Positions 57,482 to 64,000 of a stretch of 64,000 nt of DNA are shown here, piece after piece (position 1 is the stretch's first letter; every line of letters begins with the position of its first letter). Source of the stretch: Macrostomum lignano (taxonomy: Eukaryota); assembly GCA_002269645.1 (NCBI GenBank), contig NIVC01000647.1, positions 310,001-374,000 on the forward strand, read 5' to 3'. The notes under the pieces are model-generated. The model did not search any database. It was given only the letters and a program-made list of their open reading frames with translations, and was not told the origin of the DNA. Position numbers and translations under genes: made by a program.

Positions 57482-57712
57482 AATAAGTAAGTTTACTACG
57501 AGTGCTGACTAATTTTGAAGTGAAAAAAAGTGGAAAAGTATGCCAGCAACTAGAGGTTAGAAGCAACAAGAGCAACAAATTAAAATTCAACAAAGATCAT
57601 TAATATGAAACGAAAAGGTCTGCTAAACAAAAGTAAGCAACTTGATGAAACGCTTGGCGCACAAAAAGGACCAAGACGGCTGTTGAATAAAAGCAGCGAA
57701 GTTGAATATTCG

Positions 57713-58621
57713 CTATACATTGTGCTGCTCGAAGTGCTTTGTCAGGACGCTGCCTTGGTTGAAACTCTTGATACACTCCTTGGATTCAACTGGCTTTTCT
57801 TCTGTGTGTAGTTTTGAGTGTTTAGAGAGGTTGCTGCGGTCACTGAACCTCTTGCCGCACACTTTGCAAACAAACGGCTTTTCTCTTGTGTGCATCCTTG
57901 AATGCTTAATGAGGCTGCTGCTGTCACTGAATCTCTTGCCGCACACCTTGCACTCAAACGGCTTTTCTCCTGTGTGCAGCCTTAAGTGCTTAGTGAGGCT
58001 GCTGCTGTCACTGAATCTCTTGCCGCACACTTTGCACTCAAATGGCTTTTCTCCTGTGTGCACTCTAGAATGTTTAGTGAGGCTGTAGCTGACGCTGAAT
58101 CTCTTTCCGCACATCTTACACTCAAACGGCCTCTCTCCAGTGTGAGACCGGATGTGCACGTGTAGATGAGTTACATCTAAGAAGGACTTCCCACACCATT
58201 TGCACTTGTGCGGTTTTTCGTTCCTGTGCACTCCACTAATGTGAGCTTTGAGGTGGCTCTTGCTAAAGAACTTCCTCTGGCAAGTGTCGCACTGGAACGG
58301 CCTCTGGACACCCTGAGCTCGACAGTGCCGTGTTGCAGCACTCTTTGTAGCTTGGGTCTTCCCGACTGACTCGCACTCCTGACGCTTCGTCACTGCACGA
58401 CTGCCGTCTGCACACGGCTGCATCGCTGACTCATTGCGAGACGCGACCTGCTCGACCGCCGCTGCTCTGACAGCTTCTGAGTTGGTCGCAGCCGCCTCCT
58501 CTGGCTCCGAGTCGCAGCCCATTCCGTGTGACCGCACATGACGCAAGTACTGCGCCACTGCCGCTCGGGTGCGGCAGAACCGCCTGGGACAAAAGGGGCA
58601 GGCGACACAGCCCCGGCGCAT
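57713..58621 (-). CDS. C2H2 zinc-finger protein ZF6, 302 aa, apparently intact
   Basis: ATG 58621. Atypical finger, 6 canonical fingers and a degenerate terminal finger ending HFEQHNV*. Confidence 0.9.
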   Translation of the reverse strand: MRRGCVACPFCPRRFCRTRAAVAQYLRHVRSHGMGCDSEPEEAAATNSEAVRAAAVEQVASRNESAMQPCADGSRAVTKRQECESVGKTQATKSAATRHCRAQGVQRPFQCDTCQRKFFSKSHLKAHISGVHRNEKPHKCKWCGKSFLDVTHLHVHIRSHTGERPFECKMCGKRFSVSYSLTKHSRVHTGEKPFECKVCGKRFSDSSSLTKHLRLHTGEKPFECKVCGKRFSDSSSLIKHSRMHTREKPFVCKVCGKRFSDRSNLSKHSKLHTEEKPVESKECIKSFNQGSVLTKHFEQHNV

Positions 58622-58899
58622 CTCTGAGAAACTGTGGGGCTGCGATCCGTGCTGAGATGCCGATTCTCGAAGCCCGTCTCTTGCCTGAGCAGCAATGTGG
58701 AGGGGTAAATAATTCGTTATTCTATAATCCGACTTTGAATGGTATTGCAATCGCTGTGTAAAATCTGATTTAATCCACTTTTAGACAGAAAAAAAGTAGA
58801 CAAAGATTTGTGAGAATAAATTTATTTGTTGCACGCTTTAACAACTTTCTATAATGAATTCTGTGTTTCTGGCCAGAAACAATTTGACAATAAAAAGTT

Positions 58900-59620
58900 T
58901 GCCTGAGCTGAGACAGAAGTGCGTAGCGGAGAGTCTCATTTGTCAAGGCATGAGACCTTCTCAGATAGCGGTACTTAAAGCAATGGCCAATAGCAAAAGA
59001 GCAATGCATGCTGATCTTGGCCAATTAGAATCCAAATACCTTAGGGTGATTTAAAACGAAAACACAGGACTTATCTGTGATGAATGAATTTGTGACATCG
59101 ACGCAGCGGCTGTGGCCAAAGTTTCGGGAAGTACCGGTATGTTTTAAAATTTTGGCACCCCGGAAAGGGCCGGAAAGACTCTTTACTGACAATGGACGTC
59201 ATTCGTTGCTAGAGACAGTAGGTTGGTCGATACAGCACTGATCTTAAGATACAGCCCGATACCTCCAATAAAGAGTGGAGAGAATGAGCCATACACAAGA
59301 AACTGTGATTAAACAGCCACGGCGAGTCCAAGATCACCAAGGACAAGATCTGGTGATTCATCGTGACCACCTCAGAGACAGCGCAGTCAGCGAGGGACAA
59401 CCATCTCGGAAACAACGAGCAGCCAAGTCATTAGGAGCAAAAGTTCTGAGCGCAAATACCCAGTGTGGACAAGACCACCAGACAGGTATTGATTGCTTTG
59501 TCCGGCTTTGAATACCGCTATGAACAGGTACTGACAGAGCAGCCAGTAAGAGTGCAGAAGGTACACCTGAAGATGAACTCCCCAGAAAACTGCTACAGCT
59601 GAAACGCTTAACAAACTTGA
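58900..59620 (+). mobile_element. Gypsy integrase remnant preceding ZF7
   Basis: KCVAESLICQGMRP..WPIAK..MHAD; FGTPERAG..FTDNG; VQDHQGQDLVIHRDHLRD; SSERKYPVW. Confidence 0.8.
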
Positions 59621-60157
59621 GCAACTGACTGAATGCCTGCTGGTTGAGACCCTGAGAGCTTAGCAACTGCCACAACAACAGCAGAATTTTACAACTTACA
59701 TGGCCTAGGTGACATTCAATATCAAAATAACCAACGCATGAAGACAAGCATTAAAACGAACAATAAATGAAGTTTGCATGCCAAGGACGTAATTAAAAAT
59801 TACGAGTACAAGGAAAAAAGCTCAAGAAGAAATTTTAGCCACGCATTCAACAGCCTAGATCTGCAATTCAAACTGGGGAAACATCAAAAGACTCCGAAAG
59901 TCACTAAATTCCTTCATGCTGACAATATTAACGCTTGATGTTAAAAGGTGAAAAGACATGGAACAATAATTAAGTATACTACGCGTGCTGACGACTTGGA
60001 CAATACGTAATACGATGGATGGAAAACAACAACTAGAATAGTATGGCAGAAACAAGTGTTTGGAAGCAACAATACCTGTTGCCTCCAACGATTGTGAGCA
60101 ACTTAAAACGCTTGACGCACAGTATAGGCCAAGACTGGCAGTAAATTTGAATATTCG

Positions 60158-61150
60158 CTATACATTGTGCTGCTCGGAGTGCCTTGTCAAAGTGCTGCCT
60201 CGATTGAATCTTTGGCCACACACACTGCGCTTAGATGGCTTTTCACCGGTGTGCACCCTGGAGTGCCTAGTGAGGTGGCTGTCTCGATTAAACCTCTTGC
60301 CGCACACCTTGCACTCAAACGGTTTTTCTCCTGTGTGCAGACTTGAGTGCCTACTGAGGTGGCTGCTTCGATTAAATCTCCTGCCGCACACCTTGCACTC
60401 AAACGGCTTTTCTCCTGTGTGCACCCTAGAGTGTGCAGTGAGGCCGCTGCTAAATCTGAACCTCTTGCCGCACACCTTGCACTCAAACGGCATTTCTCCT
60501 GTGTGCAGCCTAGAGTGCCTACTGAGATGGCTGCCTCGATTAACTCTCTTGCCGCACACCTTGCACTCAAACGGCTTTTCTCCTGTGTGCAGACTTGAGT
60601 GCCTAGTGAGGTGGCTGCTTCGATTAAATCTCTTGCCGCACACCTTGCACTCAAACGGTCTCTCACCAGTGTGAGAACGGATGTGCACATAAAGATGAGA
60701 TAACCTTGAGAAAAAATTCCCACACCGCTTGCACTTGTGCGGTTTCGCCTTCATGTGCACTGCACTAATGTGAGCCTTGAGGTGGCTTTTTTTGGAGAAC
60801 TTCTTCTGGCAAGTGTCGCACTGGATCGGCCTATGGACACCCTGAGCTCGATGGTGCCGTGTTGCAGCACTCTTTGTAGCTTGGGTCTTCCCGACTGACT
60901 CGCACTCCTGACGCTTCGTCACTGCACGACTGCCGTCTGCACACGGCTGCATCGCTGACTCATTGCGAGACGCGACCTGCTCGACCGATGCCGCTCTGAC
61001 AGCTTCTGAGTTGGTCGCAGCCGCCTCCTCTGGCTCCGAGTCGAAGCCCATTCCGTGTGACCGCACATGACGCAAGTACTGCGCCACTGCCGCTCGGGTG
61101 CGGCAGAACCGCCTGGGACAAAAGGGGCAGGCGACAGAGCGACGGGGCAT
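60158..61150 (-). CDS. C2H2 zinc-finger protein ZF7, 330 aa, apparently intact
   Basis: ATG 61150 (MPRRSVACPFC). Atypical finger, 7 canonical fingers and a degenerate terminal finger ending HSEQHNV*. Confidence 0.9.
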   Translation of the reverse strand: MPRRSVACPFCPRRFCRTRAAVAQYLRHVRSHGMGFDSEPEEAAATNSEAVRAASVEQVASRNESAMQPCADGSRAVTKRQECESVGKTQATKSAATRHHRAQGVHRPIQCDTCQKKFSKKSHLKAHISAVHMKAKPHKCKRCGNFFSRLSHLYVHIRSHTGERPFECKVCGKRFNRSSHLTRHSSLHTGEKPFECKVCGKRVNRGSHLSRHSRLHTGEMPFECKVCGKRFRFSSGLTAHSRVHTGEKPFECKVCGRRFNRSSHLSRHSSLHTGEKPFECKVCGKRFNRDSHLTRHSRVHTGEKPSKRSVCGQRFNRGSTLTRHSEQHNV

Positions 61151-62329
61151 CTCTGAGAAACTGTGGGGCTGCGATCCGTGCTGAGATGCCGATGCTCGAA
61201 TTGCCCGTCTCTGCCTGAGCTGCAATACGGAGTGGTAAATAATTCGTTACTTTGTAATCTACTCCACTTTTAGACCGAAAATGATGAAAGACGTAGACGG
61301 ATGTGTGAGAATAAATTTAAATTTAGTGCCGCGTTCTTACAACTTTTTTCCATAATGAACACTGTACTTCTGGCCATAAAGTAGCCAGAAACAATTTTTG
61401 ACAATGAAAAGTTTTAAACTAGCTAGCGATGTTGTTGGGCATCTGAAGTGTTTTTTCTTGGAAGATGTGAAATATTGAGACGGTGAAAGCGAGTCCCAAG
61501 ACCGCTGACCGACGTCTGGATACTGAGCAAAGGGCATAAATGCCTCTGAGAAATATTTTCCACGAAAATGATATTGCAATTTTAAAGTTAATTTCCCTGC
61601 AGAAAAATAAGAGAAAGAAGGAACTGCTTGAAACACAAGTAGAGTAAACTTATACTCTAAAATGTGAGCTAATAATCAAAGAACTGTAATGAGGGTATTT
61701 TATTAAATGTGTAATGGCAGAGGGAAAGAGATCAGAGGGAGGGAGTGTAGTGCGCTTGTGCGCGGATTACAAAGTGGTCTCATGGACCATATATTTGAGT
61801 TAATATATAGGCACTGCGACGTGCGGCTACAACGTTGTGCAATGGTTAGGGGGGGGGGGCAGAGCTAGCGCACGTTGGTCGAGAGAACTCAGGCTAGAGT
61901 CGCATACAAGCCTACAGGCATAGAGGGGCGTACACTACAGGGAGGGAGGGATCAGAGGGAATGAGATTGTCATATTTAATGGCAAGCATATTAATGTGCT
62001 ACACCGGTATAAGCAGACAGAACATTCTTTCATGTGCTTCCATCTTCATTAGTGCAGTGAAGGCAGACAGACAGGAGAGGTGCAGCGTGCTCAAAGACGG
62101 CAATTCTCAATCTAAACAATCCAACTCAAACGGTCAGAGATTTGGCTTACAACCAACCAGTTAGCTGTGCTCAGTCTCAAGAAACTGAAGTCTTCAACTG
62201 AATGATAAAGATGTGAGCTGTAAGCAGCACTAGCAAGTTGGCAGCCTTGAAAATCTGCATTGAAGCGGCAGCACAGCTGAAGCACCGCATGGCTGGCAAA
62301 ATGCCTTGCGGAGAAGCTCAGTGCGGGAA

Positions 62330-63190
62330 ACACCTCAATGCGAGCCTCAGCAGAAAACTGCTGTAGCTGAAACACTCAACCAACTTGATCAGCTGATTGA
62401 ATATCCGCTGGCTGAGGCCCTGAGAGCTGAGCAACTGTGAATGACAAAAGCTGCTTTGGACACCTTAATTGGTCTACTACGTAAAGTCAATAGCAAAACA
62501 ATCAACACATAAAGACAAACATTTAAACAAAAAATACTTAAAGTTTGCATTAGTGACCCGCTCTACGGCGAGCTACATAGCCAGCGGAGGGGGGGGGGCT
62601 AGGCTAAGTACAGAGCACTCTAAACAGGCGCACAAAGGCAGGGGGTGGCTGATCACTAAAGCTGATTCGCACAAGTTGCAAGCACCTATGCAAACCAATG
62701 CAATAACAACAGTGTAATTTATAAATACAGGGGAAAAGGTTGTGATTACATTTTAGCCATGCCAGTTGTGTAACAAACAAATTCCATCAGACAGAAAATA
62801 CTCGTATTAACGCCTCATTACACAAAATATAAACAAGATAAATATTATTAAAAAACAAAACAAAAACAACACCCGATATAATAATCAGCATTAAAAAGTT
62901 AAAATTAGTCCAGCGGTGAAGTACACTCATAGAAGCCGTGACTGACTGGTGATTGAATGTTGTCGCTATCTGGTATTTGAGAGCTGTTACTACTGTCATT
63001 AAGTGCTGTCACTAACTGGTCTTTGGAGTAGCTGCCATCTGTACTACTATAAAAGAATTAAACAAGGATCATGAATACGAAACGACAAGAGATTTTAAAC
63101 GATAGTGAGCAACTTAAAAACACTTGGCCTACAGTAAGCAACAAGACCGGTGATCCACTTCTGCAGCAACGGAACTCGAAGTTAAATATA
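62330..63190. other. ZF-less relic of the repeated unit: Gypsy-distal segment plus ZF 3' flank, coding region deleted
   Basis: AGAAAACTGCTGTAGCTGAAACACTCAACC..GAGGCCCTGAGAGCTGAGCAACTG (~62352-62440) and CAAGACCGGTGATCCACTTCTGCA (~63142-63165) match the flanks of the other units. Confidence 0.7.
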
Positions 63191-63209
63191 TTCTGTTCAG
63201 AGAGCCTTT

Positions 63210-64000
63210 TCTGCTGGCTGCCATGGATTTAGCTGTTTGAAGCCGTCTGCAGAAGATTTGGCGTGCAGGACGAGAAAGCCGACGGATTGACAAACAAGAA
63301 CCATATTTTAGGCCTCATGGGGAAAGCCACGTGTGACAAAAAATTACGGATCTTGGTCGATCAGAAGCCAGATAAAAATGAGAACTGAAGGATGAAACCA
63401 AAAAGATTGTAATCTTGCAGAAAAACCTGTTGTGGCGGAGCGCTACAAATTTAACGTATTGAATCAAGACGAGTACGAGCCAGCGGTAGATTTTGAGAAC
63501 CGACTGAGAGTTCAAGCCTACAGCTTTTAATTTGGATACTATCTGAAAGCTCTGAGAGTTCGGTTCGTAGCAGGACGGTGCAATGCGTCGGTTTGGTAAA
63601 GGTGGAAGCAGCTGGAAGCAGTAAATTCAACGAAGGGCAGAATGCGACATCAAAGCAGTGCTCAAGATTGAAGCCGCATGCAAACTTAAAGACCATTTGT
63701 CTGGGATGGAAGGGCAAAATTCTTTTCAAACAAAAGACCAAGAAATCACTGGGTTGACCTTAAACTGAATGGTAAAGACGTTGCAACGATGGTGGATTCT
63801 GGAGCATCGGTGACCTGCATTGCCCAAAGTCTGGCTTAATATACTATGACCACTCTGGAGAGATACATTGTCGATTGAAGCTTATAAGGGACAAGAGCTA
63901 CCAGTATGTTTTACTGCGAATGATCAATTGCATACCGAGGATAAAAGTTAAGTGTTCAGAGTTAGCAAACGCCGTTGCTAAGCTTCAGTGGCTTTTAAGC
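63210..64000 (+). mobile_element. Gypsy gag-protease remnant starting a further unit that runs off the window
   Basis: FEAVCRRFGVQDEK, VVAERYKFNVLNQDEYEPAVDFENRLRVQA (gag); HWVDLKLNGKDVATMVDSGASVTCI (DSG at 63795). Confidence 0.85.

Noticed and set aside
46984-60723. Antisense and shifted-frame ORFs over ZF genes ([11 protein letters not shown]..., [13 protein letters not shown]..., SARCAARDS...)
   Set aside because: Known shadow ORFs produced by the repetitive codon structure of C2H2 arrays.

Overview
Eukaryotic (animal) genomic DNA with GC-rich exons, GT-AG introns and minisatellite-filled introns. The style suggests a flatworm such as Macrostomum, but this is inference only. No rRNA, tRNA, CRISPR or operon-type features were found. 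The central ~40 kb holds five spliced genes reconstructed by hand: a 3-CH-domain jitterbug-type filamin (-), a polybasic RI-type LRR protein (+), a small secreted IL-17-like cystine-knot candidate (+), an STK33-like kinase (-) and a compact URB1/NPA1 (-). It also holds a Crypton-like tyrosine-recombinase relic with a nested Tc1 derivative. Both ends of the window are occupied by a repeated unit: a degenerate Ty3/Gypsy gag-PR-RT-RH-INT remnant joined tail-to-tail to an antisense, intronless, KRAB-less C2H2 zinc-finger gene. The ZF genes share a conserved N-terminal domain with an atypical finger but have diversified recognition helices. The left cluster (ZF on +) and right cluster (ZF on -) are mirror-oriented. 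This ZF/Gypsy unit is the most interesting system in the window. Other notable items are inverted minisatellites flanking one exon, a 5'-inverted RTE insertion whose TSD and empty site are both visible, and a minisatellite that arose from a ZF 3'-flank motif. All assignments are from manual reading and motif recall; no searches were run.
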